Shown here one piece after another: positions 30,019 through 38,803 of a stretch of 64,000 nt of DNA. The position numbers and the translations under genes were made by a program. Source of the stretch: Nitrospirota bacterium. Its GTDB lineage: Bacteria; Nitrospirota; UBA9217. Within the stretch, counting starts at the first letter, position 1, and every line of letters begins with the position of its first letter. The notes beneath the pieces were generated by a model. It saw nothing but the letters and a program-made list of their open reading frames with translations, did not search any database and was not told where the DNA came from. The stretch covers positions 704,001 through 768,000 of the forward strand of contig CAWIYV010000011.1 in NCBI GenBank assembly GCA_963840455.1. The letters run 5' to 3'.

Positions 30019-30176
30019 GTTCAGCTGCCTCCTTCTTCTCAGGAATCGAGGACTTGCGGAGAAAAACACTGATAATATAAGTACACGTACCTCACAAGTA
30101 AAGTATAGCGCTCGTTACGGGGTATGTAAAGGAATGCAGCCGTGACGCGCAAGGACCGCTTGTGCCTCGGAGAAGA

Positions 30177-30220
30177 GTTTCTCATTGAAAAACAATGTTT
30201 TTTACTTCATAATGAGAAAC
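30177..30220 (+). promoter_or_regulatory. Sigma70 promoter embedded in an inverted repeat upstream of dcd
   Basis: GTTTCTCATT...AATGAGAAAC arms enclosing TTGAAA-17 bp-CATAAT. Confidence 0.5.
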
Positions 30221-30298
30221 AGATGGTGTTCGCATGTCGCAACGGCTTCAAACTGCGGCGCCGCTGAGTTCCGTATGTATTGATGAGGTTCAACGACC

Positions 30299-30817
30299 AT
30301 GAGCATATTGATAGGAAAAGAAATTTTGAAGGCTTTAAAAAATGGATCGATCGCTGTCGAACCATTCGACAGATCGCAGATCGGACCCGGCTCGATCGAT
30401 CTTACGCTCGGCAATGATTTCCGGGTCTTTAAAAAGCAATCAAAGGTCTATCACATCAAGAATGACTCCCGGTTCGAAGATATAACCAAAAGCGTTCATG
30501 TTGCGGATGGCGGCTATGTCGTGATAAAACCGGGCGAGATGATCCTGGGGATCACGAAAGAAAAGATCACCCTCGCCGATAATATCTCGGGCCGGCTTGA
30601 AGGCAGGAGCAGATTTGCGCGTTTTGGACTTGCGGTCCATGTTACCGCAGGTTTCATGCATCCCGGCATCTCGAACCATCAGGTCCTGGAAATAGTCAAT
30701 CTCGGGCATGGACCCTTGGCGTTGTATCCGGGCACCAAGATCTGTCAGTTCGTATTCGAGAAATGTGAAGGCCATGCTCAATACAAGGGAAGATTTGTCG
30801 AGCAGATCAGGCCGTGA
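30299..30817 (+). CDS. dcd: dCTP deaminase
   Basis: SIDLTLG, LEGRSRFAR.GL.VHVTAG and VLEIVNLG...ICQFVFE motifs. Confidence 0.88.
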   Translation: MSILIGKEILKALKNGSIAVEPFDRSQIGPGSIDLTLGNDFRVFKKQSKVYHIKNDSRFEDITKSVHVADGGYVVIKPGEMILGITKEKITLADNISGRLEGRSRFARFGLAVHVTAGFMHPGISNHQVLEIVNLGHGPLALYPGTKICQFVFEKCEGHAQYKGRFVEQIRP

Positions 30818-30827
30818 ACTTGATCCC

Positions 30828-30974
30828 TTGAAGGTCCCACGGAATCTTCGAACCTCAGGGTAGTATGGTTAGCCTCATCGCTCGCTAGCCCCCTGCACTC
30901 GCGGTTCCACTCGTAAACGCTGGGGGCAAGACCCCGCAGCAAGCTGCGGGGACCGTACTTGCTCCTGGATTCAA
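30828..30974 (+). mobile_element. MITE/REP-like element, TTGAA...TTCAA
   Basis: Contains the CCCCGCAGCAAGCTGCGGGG palindrome; homologous to the copies at 28564 and 3858. Confidence 0.75.
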
Positions 30975-30993
30975 AGCATAAGCGCGCGCTCTC

Positions 30994-31896
30994 ATGCTCA
31001 TGCGAATCGTTCTCAAATCGATCATTATCTTCCTGTTCCTTCTCCTGTACACGCTGATCGCGCTGGGCATCATGGCTCTGCCCGCAGGGCGCGCGCGGAA
31101 GCGGGCGCGTCTGACCGGGAACGTCATGTTCTTCGCGCGCCTCGGCCTCCGTGTGCTGGGCATCCGCATGCTCTCCCGCCGTCAGAAACGAAAAGGCATC
31201 CGCGCGCGCGCGGTGAACTATCTCATCATCGCGAACCATCTCTCCTACACCGACATCCTCGTTGTCGGGGCCCTCATGCCATCGGTGTTCATCACCTCGG
31301 TTGAGCTGAAGCGCACGTTCCCGCTCGGCATGCTCGCGTGGCTCGGCGGCAGCATCTTCGTGGAGCGGCGAAGTCCGGCGGGGCTCAAGCAAGAGATCAG
31401 AGAGATCGAGCAGGTGCTTGCCGAAGGGACCTCGGTCGCCTTGTTCCCGGAAGGTACGACCTCGGACGGAGATACCGTGAGGCCCTTCAAGAACTCGCTT
31501 ATCACCGCGGCCATCGGCACGGGCTCGAGCCTTCTCCCGGTCTGCATCCGTTACACCAAGGTCAACGGCCACCCGGTGAGAACGCATAACCGGGACCTGG
31601 TCTATTACTACGGAGGGACGACGTTCTTCGAGCACCTGCCGCGACTGCTCAAGCTCAAGACCATCGAGGTGGAATGCGTCGTGCTGCGGCCCATTTCGAC
31701 GCACCAGCATCATTCGAGAAAAGACCTGGCCACCAGGGCGCATGCCCTGATCAGCGCGGCGTACCACGAACGGCCATCGGGCCGCACCGGGCAGCAGGAA
31801 CAATTCGTGGAACCATCCCCGGCTGAGTCTCCCGGGGACAGGCAGATGAGCACAGATAAAAGCGGAATTTCCAGCTCGGGGGAAAGGCATCCTTAG
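30994..31896 (+). CDS. Lysophospholipid acyltransferase (PlsC family)
   Basis: NHLSYTD (HxxxxD) and FPEGTTSDG motifs. Confidence 0.92.
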   Translation: MLMRIVLKSIIIFLFLLLYTLIALGIMALPAGRARKRARLTGNVMFFARLGLRVLGIRMLSRRQKRKGIRARAVNYLIIANHLSYTDILVVGALMPSVFITSVELKRTFPLGMLAWLGGSIFVERRSPAGLKQEIREIEQVLAEGTSVALFPEGTTSDGDTVRPFKNSLITAAIGTGSSLLPVCIRYTKVNGHPVRTHNRDLVYYYGGTTFFEHLPRLLKLKTIEVECVVLRPISTHQHHSRKDLATRAHALISAAYHERPSGRTGQQEQFVEPSPAESPGDRQMSTDKSGISSSGERHP

Positions 31897-32093
31897 CAGT
31901 TTAATGAACGTATCTTGCGCGGCGGATTAATTCTTCGTCCCCGTGAAAACGGAGATAGAGCAAATATCTGAATGCCCTGGATTCCCGCCTGGGCGGGAAT
32001 GACGGAAATAGCAAAGCAAATCCTTATTCAACAGCCTGTTCATGGTCTCGTATTCCGCTTTCATCTGTGTATCCGCGCAGCAGACCCGTGGTT
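31837..32093. repeat. Nested palindromic repeats (outer CACAGAT/ATCTGTG; inner REP-like GGATTCCCGCC...GGCGGGAATGAC)
   Basis: cagatgagcacagataaaagcggaat pairs with attccgctttcatctgtg; inner ctggattcccgcctgggcgggaatgacgg and ttattcaacagcct. Confidence 0.6.
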
Positions 32094-32135
32094 GCAGCGG
32101 CCGCTACGAAGCTATTCGATCATTTGGCGGGAAAC

Positions 32136-32162
32136 AAAAAAGCCCCGGATCGCTCCGGGGCT
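32136..32162 (-). terminator. Intrinsic terminator after the cold-shock gene
   Basis: AGCCCCGGA...TCCGGGGCT hairpin followed by TTTTT. Confidence 0.8.
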
Positions 32163-32187
32163 CAGGATGGTTGTCGCTGAACTTTCT

Positions 32188-32388
32188 TTAGATCTTCTGG
32201 ACGTTGGCAGCCTGCAGGCCCTTGGGACCCTGCACGATGTCAAAGGACACGCGCTCGCCTTCCTTGAGCGACTTGAAACCCTCCGTCTGGATCGCGGAAA
32301 AATGCACGAACACATCTTCACCGTTCTCCTGCTTCAGAAACCCGAACCCCTTGCTGTCATTGAACCACTTCACCACACCTTCTGCCAT
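32188..32388 (-). CDS. Cold-shock protein (CspA family)
   Basis: VKWFN.SKGFGF and [12 protein letters not shown] motifs; TTGACA-17 bp-TATTAT promoter at 32445-32473. Confidence 0.97.
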   Translation of the reverse strand: MAEGVVKWFNDSKGFGFLKQENGEDVFVHFSAIQTEGFKSLKEGERVSFDIVQGPKGLQAANVQKI

Positions 32389-32586
32389 TTCCGTTACCTC
32401 AACCTTTCATGTTTATTTATCCGCATTAGCAGCGGACGTTTACAATAATAATGATTTCGACACCCCGTGTCAAGCTGATATTTCCTTCAAAGGCGCTCTA
32501 TGGTATACTGCTTTCCAGCCTTTCAAATCCACCGAAAGGAGCGCGGGGCGCGCCCGGAACCGGATATCGCGCCCCCCCGGGGAGCC

Positions 32587-33270
32587 ATGCTGATCAACTA
32601 TCTGAAGGAGATACCCCTTTTTACCCATCTCAAGGACGCCCAGCTCAAGGAGATCGCCTCGCGGTGCAAGAAGGTCCTGTTCAAGAAGGGAGAGGTCATC
32701 TTTCACAAGACGGACATGAGCACCGACCTTTACATCGTGGACAGCGGGACCCTCAAGGCGGTCCTGTCGGACGATGACGGCGACGAGATCGTTCTGGCCC
32801 GCTTCGAAGCCGGCGCGTTCTTTGGCGAACTGAGCCTGCTGGACGGGCAAGGCCGGTCCGCAACGATCGTTGCGGACACCGATTCGGAACTCTCGGTCCT
32901 GAGCCAGCCCGTGTTCCTGGATCTGGTCACCAAGGACCCCAAAATAGCCATCGCGCTCATGACCACCATGGTCGGACGGCTGCGGAATGCGGACGAGAAG
33001 ATCGAGTCGCTGGCGTTCCAGGAGGTCGCTGAACGACTGATCCGCACGCTGCTCGACGGATCGAGCCGTGAGGAGAAGGTCGCCAAGGGATTCCTCAAGG
33101 GCGCCAAGCGGACCCACAAGGAGCTGGCCAGCATGATTGGATCGTCCCGCGAGGCCGTGTCGAAATGCATGAAGGTCCTGGCGACGAACGGGATCGTCAA
33201 GGAGGCCGAGGGCCACATGCTCATCGCCGAGAACGCGTTGGAGCGGCTCAAGCATCGGCCGTCGCTGTAA
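32587..33270 (+). CDS. Crp/Fnr family transcriptional regulator
   Basis: FFGELSLLDGQGRSAT cNMP-binding domain; THKELASMIGSSREAVS helix-turn-helix. Confidence 0.95.
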   Translation: MLINYLKEIPLFTHLKDAQLKEIASRCKKVLFKKGEVIFHKTDMSTDLYIVDSGTLKAVLSDDDGDEIVLARFEAGAFFGELSLLDGQGRSATIVADTDSELSVLSQPVFLDLVTKDPKIAIALMTTMVGRLRNADEKIESLAFQEVAERLIRTLLDGSSREEKVAKGFLKGAKRTHKELASMIGSSREAVSKCMKVLATNGIVKEAEGHMLIAENALERLKHRPSL

Positions 33271-33300
33271 CGTCTCGGCGTCAGACTGCAGAAACAGTTC

Positions 33301-33337
33301 GGGGGAGCCGGTGAACCGGCTCCCCCGTTTTATTTTC
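33301..33337. terminator. Terminator between convergent crp-like and trpB2 genes
   Basis: GGGGGAGCCGGT-GA-ACCGGCTCCCCC followed by GTTTTATTTT. Confidence 0.8.
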
Positions 33338-33351
33338 GTTTGAGGAGATTA

Positions 33352-34704
33352 CTATATCTTTGGCAGCTTCGCGAGCGACTTCTTGATCTCTTCCGCGGGA
33401 TACTCGAAGTCTTTCAGCTTGCCGTCGTGGTAATCGGCGTAGGCCTGCAGGTCCAGGTAGCCGTGGCCGGAGAGGTTGAACAAGATGGTCCGCTGCTTTC
33501 CTTCCTCTTTGGCCTTGAGCGCCTCGTCGATGGCGCCCCGGATAGCATGGGCGCTCTCGGGTGCCGGAATGATGCCTTCGGTGTTGGCGAACTGGAGCGC
33601 CGCCTCGAACACCGGCACCTGGTTGTATGCCCGGGCCTCGATGATCTTATCATGGTAGAGCTGGGACACGATCGGCGAATCGCCGTGATACCGGAGGCCG
33701 CCCGCGTGGATGCCCGGCGGCATGAAATCATGGCCGAGGGTGTACATGGTCATGAGCGGCGTGAGGCCGGCAACGTCGCCGAAGTCGTACCGGAACTCGC
33801 CCTTGGTGAGAGTGGGGCAGGAGGCAGGCTCCACCGCGATGGCCCGCACCTGTTTACCGCCGAACTTGTCGTGCAGGAACGGGAAGGCCAGGCCTGCGAA
33901 GTTGCTCCCTCCGCCGCAGCAGGCGATTACCACGTCGGGATAGTCCCCGACGATCTCGAGCTGCTTCTTCGCCTCCTGGCCGATCACGGTCTGGTGCAGG
34001 CAGACATGGTTCAGCACCGAGCCGAGGGCGTAGTTCGTGTCGTTGTGCGTGGCCGCATCCTCCACGGCCTCGGAGATGGCGATGCCGAGGCTGCCTTGGC
34101 TGTTCGGATCCATCTCCAGGACCTTCCTGCCCGAGTTCGTCAACTTCGACGGGCTGGCATGGACCGTTGCACCCCAGGTCTCCATCATGATCCGGCGGTA
34201 TGGCTTCTGGCCGAAGCTCACCTTCACCATGTACACCGTGACGTCGAGCCCAAAGAGCTTGCCCGCCAGGGCCATGGACGAGCCCCACTGCCCGGCCCCG
34301 GTCTCGGTAGCGATGCGCTTGATGCCTGCCTTCTTATTATAGAAGGCTTGGGGGATCGAGGTATTGGGCTTGTGACTGCCCGCCGGGCTTACGCCTTCAT
34401 ATTTATAATAGATCTTGGCCGGCGTGCCGAGGGCCGCCTCGAGCCGATGCGCACGGAACAGCGGGGACGGCCGCCAGAGGGTGTATATTTCCAGCACTTC
34501 CTGGGGGATATCGATCCATCGGTCAGCGCTCACTTCCTGCAGGATCAGGTCCATGGGAAAGATGGGCTTGAGGTCGTCGGGACCCACAGGCTGCTTGGTC
34601 CCGGGGTGGAGCGGCGGCTTTGGCTTGTTCGGCATGTCCGCCATGATGTTGTACCACTTCGTGGGGATCTCTTTGTCCGAAAGAACGATCTTGGTCTGTC
34701 GCAT
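33352..34704 (-). CDS. trpB2: TrpB2 (TrpB-like PLP-dependent enzyme)
   Basis: [30 protein letters not shown] and [11 protein letters not shown] motifs; outside a trp operon. Confidence 0.95.
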   Translation of the reverse strand: MRQTKIVLSDKEIPTKWYNIMADMPNKPKPPLHPGTKQPVGPDDLKPIFPMDLILQEVSADRWIDIPQEVLEIYTLWRPSPLFRAHRLEAALGTPAKIYYKYEGVSPAGSHKPNTSIPQAFYNKKAGIKRIATETGAGQWGSSMALAGKLFGLDVTVYMVKVSFGQKPYRRIMMETWGATVHASPSKLTNSGRKVLEMDPNSQGSLGIAISEAVEDAATHNDTNYALGSVLNHVCLHQTVIGQEAKKQLEIVGDYPDVVIACCGGGSNFAGLAFPFLHDKFGGKQVRAIAVEPASCPTLTKGEFRYDFGDVAGLTPLMTMYTLGHDFMPPGIHAGGLRYHGDSPIVSQLYHDKIIEARAYNQVPVFEAALQFANTEGIIPAPESAHAIRGAIDEALKAKEEGKQRTILFNLSGHGYLDLQAYADYHDGKLKDFEYPAEEIKKSLAKLPKI

Positions 34705-34814
34705 CACATCCTCCTGCAATAGAAAATAAGGGGTCAGGTGCTGAAAAGTGCGGGTATTCTATACTATTTTTCGGGCTTGTACAACGGGATTTTGGGGAGG
34801 CTAGATCGACATCC

Positions 34815-34954
34815 GCCACAGAGGCACAGAGAACATCAGAACGACCAGAAAGAGAAAGACAGAGAGGCGGCCTGCCGGTAAAAAGCAAAATACGACGCAA
34901 TAATGAACCTTGATCTGCTCCTGCCTTCCTCTGCGCTTTCTGTGCCTCTGTGGC
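34815..34954. repeat. Palindromic CACAGAG variant of the 9-bp repeat element
   Basis: gccacagaggcacagagaac ... ctctgcgctttctgtgcctctgtggc. Confidence 0.75.
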
Positions 34955-34968
34955 ACGACTGATGTTGA

Positions 34969-35244
34969 TCACATCCCAATGGAGAACATCCCCTCGAGGT
35001 CGTGGCGGGAATGCACGCGGAAGGCGATGAGGGTCTCGGAGGCGAGGATCCCTTTCACCTTGAGCATGTGAAGGGTCACCAGGTCGGCAAGCTGGTCGTT
35101 GTCCCGGGCGCGGATGACAACTGCCAGGTCGTACCTCCCGGCAACGGAATAGACCTCGGAGATCCCTTTCATCCCGGCAAGCTCCTCGGCGACCTCATTG
35201 ACCCGGTCGCGCGAGACATTCAGAAGTACCAGTGCAGTGACCAT
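34969..35244 (-). CDS. Lrp/AsnC ligand-binding-domain-only protein
   Basis: ISEVYSVAGRYDL...SETLIAF pattern; no helix-turn-helix. Confidence 0.9.
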   Translation of the reverse strand: MVTALVLLNVSRDRVNEVAEELAGMKGISEVYSVAGRYDLAVVIRARDNDQLADLVTLHMLKVKGILASETLIAFRVHSRHDLEGMFSIGM

Positions 35245-35265
35245 GAGAACCTCCTGGTAACGTCA

Positions 35266-35349
35266 CCCCTCCCTTGATGGGAGGGGATAAAGGGGAGGGT
35301 GGTCAGCTGGGATATCACCCCCACCTAACCTCCCCAGCAAGGGGGAGGA
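35266..35349. repeat. REP-like palindrome (CCCCTCCCTTGATGGGAGGGG type)
   Basis: cccctcccttgatgggagggg...ggggagggtg / cacccccacctaacctcccc...gggggagg. Confidence 0.7.
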
Positions 35350-35405
35350 ATTACGCGGCTGTGAGCTAGTATAACAAATTTATAACTGCCAATCACGAAA
35401 ATCGA

Positions 35406-36326
35406 TTATCCCGGCACGCACCGCGGCTCGGGCGCCGACTGCTTGCCGGTGTGCGCATGGCCGTGGGCGGGGCAGCCGCCGTGGCATTGATGATGGAGCG
35501 CGCAGGCGGTCCGGGGGCATCTGTTCCCCGTGAATGTCCTGAAGAATGCGAGCACGGGATGGCGCCAGATCGCATCAAGGGGATCAGCAAGGATGTTCCC
35601 GAGCCGGTATTGCTCTTTTCCAAACAGGAGATTGCAGGGATAGACCGAGCCGTCGGGGAGGATGCCGAGCTTCGTCGTCCCCCCGGGGCAGCGGGCCATC
35701 CGGAGCTGGGGATACTGATCGAGATCAGGAATGAACCCTGAGCAGAAAACCACGCCCGTCCGTGAGCCATACCGGCTGCCGACCGCCTCGAGGAACCGGT
35801 CAAAGGGAAGGGACCCATCGAGCTCATCGGGGCCGAGCGCATCGCGGTACAGGAGGTAGTAGCGTCGCGGCGCCAGCGCGAGGACCTTTTCGATCAGCCC
35901 GTGATCAACGGCCCTGCTGAATACGGTCTTGACGATCGGACGGTGCTTCCGGAGAAATCGCTCGAGACCCTGCAGCGTCGCATGGTCGTTCACCGAGACC
36001 CCGACCGTCGCCCTCGCGAACCGCCGCATGATCTCCGCAAGCTGGTCCGGGTCCCTCCCGTTCGAACTGATGTTGACCCTCATGCCCCTTCCGCAGGCAT
36101 GCTCGATCATCGGCAGGAGCTCCCGGTGCAGCGTCGGTTCGCCGCCGATGATATCGAGGACCTGCACGCCCGCGCCCGTGATCCGGTCGATCATCCTCCG
36201 GAATGAAGCGAGCGGCATGTCCTCTCCCCCGGGCAGCGACTGATTGAAACAGAAGTCACAGCTCCGGTCGCAGCGCAACGTCGGCGAGAATTGGACATAT
36301 TCGGGTGCAAGCGGTTTGTACGTCAT
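35406..36326 (-). CDS. Radical SAM/SPASM domain protein
   Basis: CDRSCDFC and GGEPT motifs; SPASM CPGG...DGSVYPC...C.RTAC...CHGGC. Confidence 0.9.
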   Translation of the reverse strand: MTYKPLAPEYVQFSPTLRCDRSCDFCFNQSLPGGEDMPLASFRRMIDRITGAGVQVLDIIGGEPTLHRELLPMIEHACGRGMRVNISSNGRDPDQLAEIMRRFARATVGVSVNDHATLQGLERFLRKHRPIVKTVFSRAVDHGLIEKVLALAPRRYYLLYRDALGPDELDGSLPFDRFLEAVGSRYGSRTGVVFCSGFIPDLDQYPQLRMARCPGGTTKLGILPDGSVYPCNLLFGKEQYRLGNILADPLDAIWRHPVLAFFRTFTGNRCPRTACALHHQCHGGCPAHGHAHTGKQSAPEPRCVPG

Positions 36327-37153
36327 TCGATGAGATACCGGTCCTTCTTCTTCACGATGAACCCCTCCCGCGCAAGCTGGTCCAGGTTTTTCCTCACCCG
36401 CTCAGCATCCATCCCGGTCTCCTTCACGATCCGGGCGGCGGTCAGCGGTGGTCCTTTGACCAGGGCCTTCACGATCCTGCCCCGCACCTGGCGGTTCGAG
36501 TTCTCGAAGGGGCTCTGGCGGACATAGTGGGCGCTTTTCTTGTTCGGATTGCCATGCTCCTGCTTCAGCATGGTCCCATAGTCCATGAGAGCATTGTACC
36601 ATTTCCGCGGATTCTTCGTGTCGAGGGTCTGCCGTACCAGCGGGACCAGCTGGTCGTCGTGGATGTTCCGGCGGTCATGCAGGAACTCGTGAATATACAC
36701 CCGGCGAATGTTCGTGTCCATGAACACGACCGGCTTGTTGAACGCAAAGGCTGACACTGCGCCCGCGGTGTACTTCCCGATGCCCGGCAGCGTCACGAGG
36801 ACGTCCGGGTCCGACGGCAGCCTGCCCTTGTACTCCGCAAAAACGACCTGTGCCAGCTTCCTGAGCGACAACGCCCGGCGGTTGTAGCCCATGCCGGACC
36901 AGATCTTAAGCAGTTTCGGGAGCGGCGCTTTCGAGAGCGCCTTGAAGTCAGGGAACGCGGCGAGGAACTCGCGGTACTTCTCGATGACGCGATCCACCTG
37001 CGTCTGCTGCAACATGATCTCGGAGACGAGGACGCGGTATGGCGTGATGCGCTTTCGCCACGGTAGGTCTCGGCCAAACGTGTCGTAGTAGGCGATAACC
37101 TTTTTACGAAAGGAACGAATCTGGGACGGCCTGAGGGGCGAACATGCTGGCAT
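36323..37153 (-). CDS. mutY: A/G-specific adenine glycosylase, short MutY-like without [4Fe-4S] cysteines
   Basis: RDLPWR, SEIMLQQTQV, WSGMGYNRRA, LPGIGKYTA and DTNIRRV motifs; no Cys after ALMDYG. Confidence 0.85.
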   Translation of the reverse strand: MPACSPLRPSQIRSFRKKVIAYYDTFGRDLPWRKRITPYRVLVSEIMLQQTQVDRVIEKYREFLAAFPDFKALSKAPLPKLLKIWSGMGYNRRALSLRKLAQVVFAEYKGRLPSDPDVLVTLPGIGKYTAGAVSAFAFNKPVVFMDTNIRRVYIHEFLHDRRNIHDDQLVPLVRQTLDTKNPRKWYNALMDYGTMLKQEHGNPNKKSAHYVRQSPFENSNRQVRGRIVKALVKGPPLTAARIVKETGMDAERVRKNLDQLAREGFIVKKKDRYLIE

Positions 37154-37237
37154 TGAGTGGTCTTTCCTTATTCTCAGAAAGCAAGCTACACGATAAAGCA
37201 GAGCAAGGAAAGAGTCAACAGGTATGTCACAAGGCGG

Positions 37238-37309
37238 GCCTAACAACTGCAGCTACAAGCTTGCAGAGGATAAATTGGCAACAGCATTGCAGTCTTTCGG
37301 TTGTTACTT
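37238..37309 (-). mobile_element. Degenerate integron attC site 3
   Basis: Minus strand AAGTAACAAC...AGACTGCAA...TTGTAGCT...GTTGTTAGGC; imperfect hairpin ending in GTTRRRY. Confidence 0.5.
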
Positions 37310-37312
37310 GCA

Positions 37313-37378
37313 CATGAACGTCGAAGTGAGCGGCCTGTGCGGCTTTTCGCGCAGGTTCGCTCGATTGCCGGGTTAGAC
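37313..37378 (-). mobile_element. Integron attC site 2
   Basis: GTCTAAC...GAGCGAACCTGCGCG-AAAAGC-CGCACAGGCCGCTC...GTTCATG; its R'' matches the GTTAGAC that starts this cassette. Confidence 0.85.
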
Positions 37379-37394
37379 GCCACTTCCTTAGTTC

Positions 37395-37871
37395 TCAGCG
37401 GTTACGTCCTATGGGATTCTCTCGGGAAATCTGCTGCCCGAGCTGTTGGGCGAGCCCGATGAGAATTCCTTCGGGACCCCGGATGTAGCAGAGCCGATAC
37501 ATGTTTTTATACTGGACCACTTCGCCGACGAGCTTCGCGCCGCGTTTCCCGAGCCGGACGAGCGTATCGTCGAGGTCCTCCACAGTGAACATGACGCGTA
37601 GGTAACCGAAAGCGTTCACTGGGGCGATGCGGTGATCGGCGACCACGGGCGGCGCGAGGAAGCGGGACAACTCGAGCCGGCTGTGACCGTCCGGCGTACG
37701 CATCATGGCAATCTCGACGCGCATGCCGCGCAATCCGGTGACACCATCTGCCCAGTCTCCTTCAACTGGAACACGTCCCTCGAGATCGAGACCAAGTTCG
37801 GTGAAGAACTCAATGGCGGCATCAATGTCTTCCACCACGATGCCGACGTTGTCCATACGCTTAACTGTCAT
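37395..37871 (-). CDS. VOC/glyoxalase family protein (gene cassette)
   Basis: RMDNVGIVVED...LELSRF...YRLCYIRGPEGILIGLA; bounded by attC sites. Confidence 0.93.
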   Translation of the reverse strand: MTVKRMDNVGIVVEDIDAAIEFFTELGLDLEGRVPVEGDWADGVTGLRGMRVEIAMMRTPDGHSRLELSRFLAPPVVADHRIAPVNAFGYLRVMFTVEDLDDTLVRLGKRGAKLVGEVVQYKNMYRLCYIRGPEGILIGLAQQLGQQISRENPIGRNR

Positions 37872-37885
37872 GATGTCTCCTTGAC

Positions 37886-37944
37886 GTCTAACGTGCGGCT
37901 AAGACGCGCGTTTTTGCGCGTCGGACTTGAGCCGCATGTTAGGT
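37886..37944 (-). mobile_element. Integron attC site 1 (59-base element)
   Basis: ACCTAACATGCGGCTCAAG...GACGCGC-AAAAAC-GCGCGTCTTAGCCGCACGTTAGAC; 59 bp; upstream ORF stop lies in R''. Confidence 0.92.
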
Positions 37945-38409
37945 GTTATTCTTCATTTCGATGTGTTTAATGCCATACATGAAAGTTGATCGAGTAAATG
38001 AAAAAAGACTAAAGACATTAATGACTATAGCAATGAAAATAAAGACGTACCATAGGCCACCACGCCAGGCATCACTTTCTGGGTGTCCGAATATCGCGGA
38101 GAAGATGATAAATAAAATATAAGAAGCACTCATTCCGGCTCCTAGACCGAGGAATATTCCGAAGTAGAGGTATAAGTTGATAGAGAGTGTAGACCGAACG
38201 GTAAGATAAGGTGAATTGTAAACATCTGGTCCTTTCTTTTTTAGGAATGCGATACCGGTCGCGCCTATAATGAAGCCGACGAAAGACGTAATTGTTGCCC
38301 ATGCAAAATTATAGGCTCTATGTTCGGAGAAAATGAATACCAGGTATCCAAGATAGCCGAATACAGCACCAGTTAGAGCGTTGGCTATGTAATATTTGCT
38401 TTTCATCAT
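37939..38409 (-). CDS. AT-rich four-TM membrane protein (gene cassette)
   Basis: Four hydrophobic segments, low GC; starts just after GTTAGGT and ends in attC1. Confidence 0.75.
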   Translation of the reverse strand: MMKSKYYIANALTGAVFGYLGYLVFIFSEHRAYNFAWATITSFVGFIIGATGIAFLKKKGPDVYNSPYLTVRSTLSINLYLYFGIFLGLGAGMSASYILFIIFSAIFGHPESDAWRGGLWYVFIFIAIVINVFSLFSFTRSTFMYGIKHIEMKNNT

Positions 38410-38412
38410 GGC

Positions 38413-38445
38413 ACCTAACAAGTAATTCTACAGTTCACGCCATTT
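38413..38445 (-). mobile_element. attI-like or secondary integration site
   Basis: ...GTAGAATTACTTG|TTAGGT core complementary to the cassette-1 R'' ACCTAAC; no upstream attC hairpin. Confidence 0.5.
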
Positions 38446-38759
38446 GTCCAGAATCGGATGTTATCAACCCTCGGCTAACGGTCTAACATGCTATTTCGGA
38501 TAGATGGTCACTTCTTACCAATATCGGTGTTTCGTTAGTACACAATACTGGTTGACGTTCGTAATGACTGATTATTCAATTAGTGTGCAAGAAACAGAAA
38601 ATACTCTACAATGCGATTTCCATCTTGATTAGGAGCATAATACAGCCGCTCTTTATAATCAAGCCTTACCATGGGGTATTTTCAGGGTAGCGGAGAATGC
38701 CAAAGGTCAGCAGCCGGCTGATTTTTTTTGAGGAAATCGAATAAGCGGCGTAAGACAAC

Positions 38760-38787
38760 AAAACCCCTGCTGGAGAACCAGCAGGGG
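38760..38787 (-). terminator. rnpB terminator
   Basis: CCCCTGCTGG-TTCT-CCAGCAGGGG followed by TTTTGTT. Confidence 0.8.
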
Positions 38788-38803
38788 CGGTAAAGAAAAA
38801 GAT

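Noticed and set aside
38445-38760. Remnant integron integrase
   Set aside because: No ORF of 60 aa or more and no tyrosine-recombinase motif seen; a highly decayed fragment cannot be excluded without tBLASTn.
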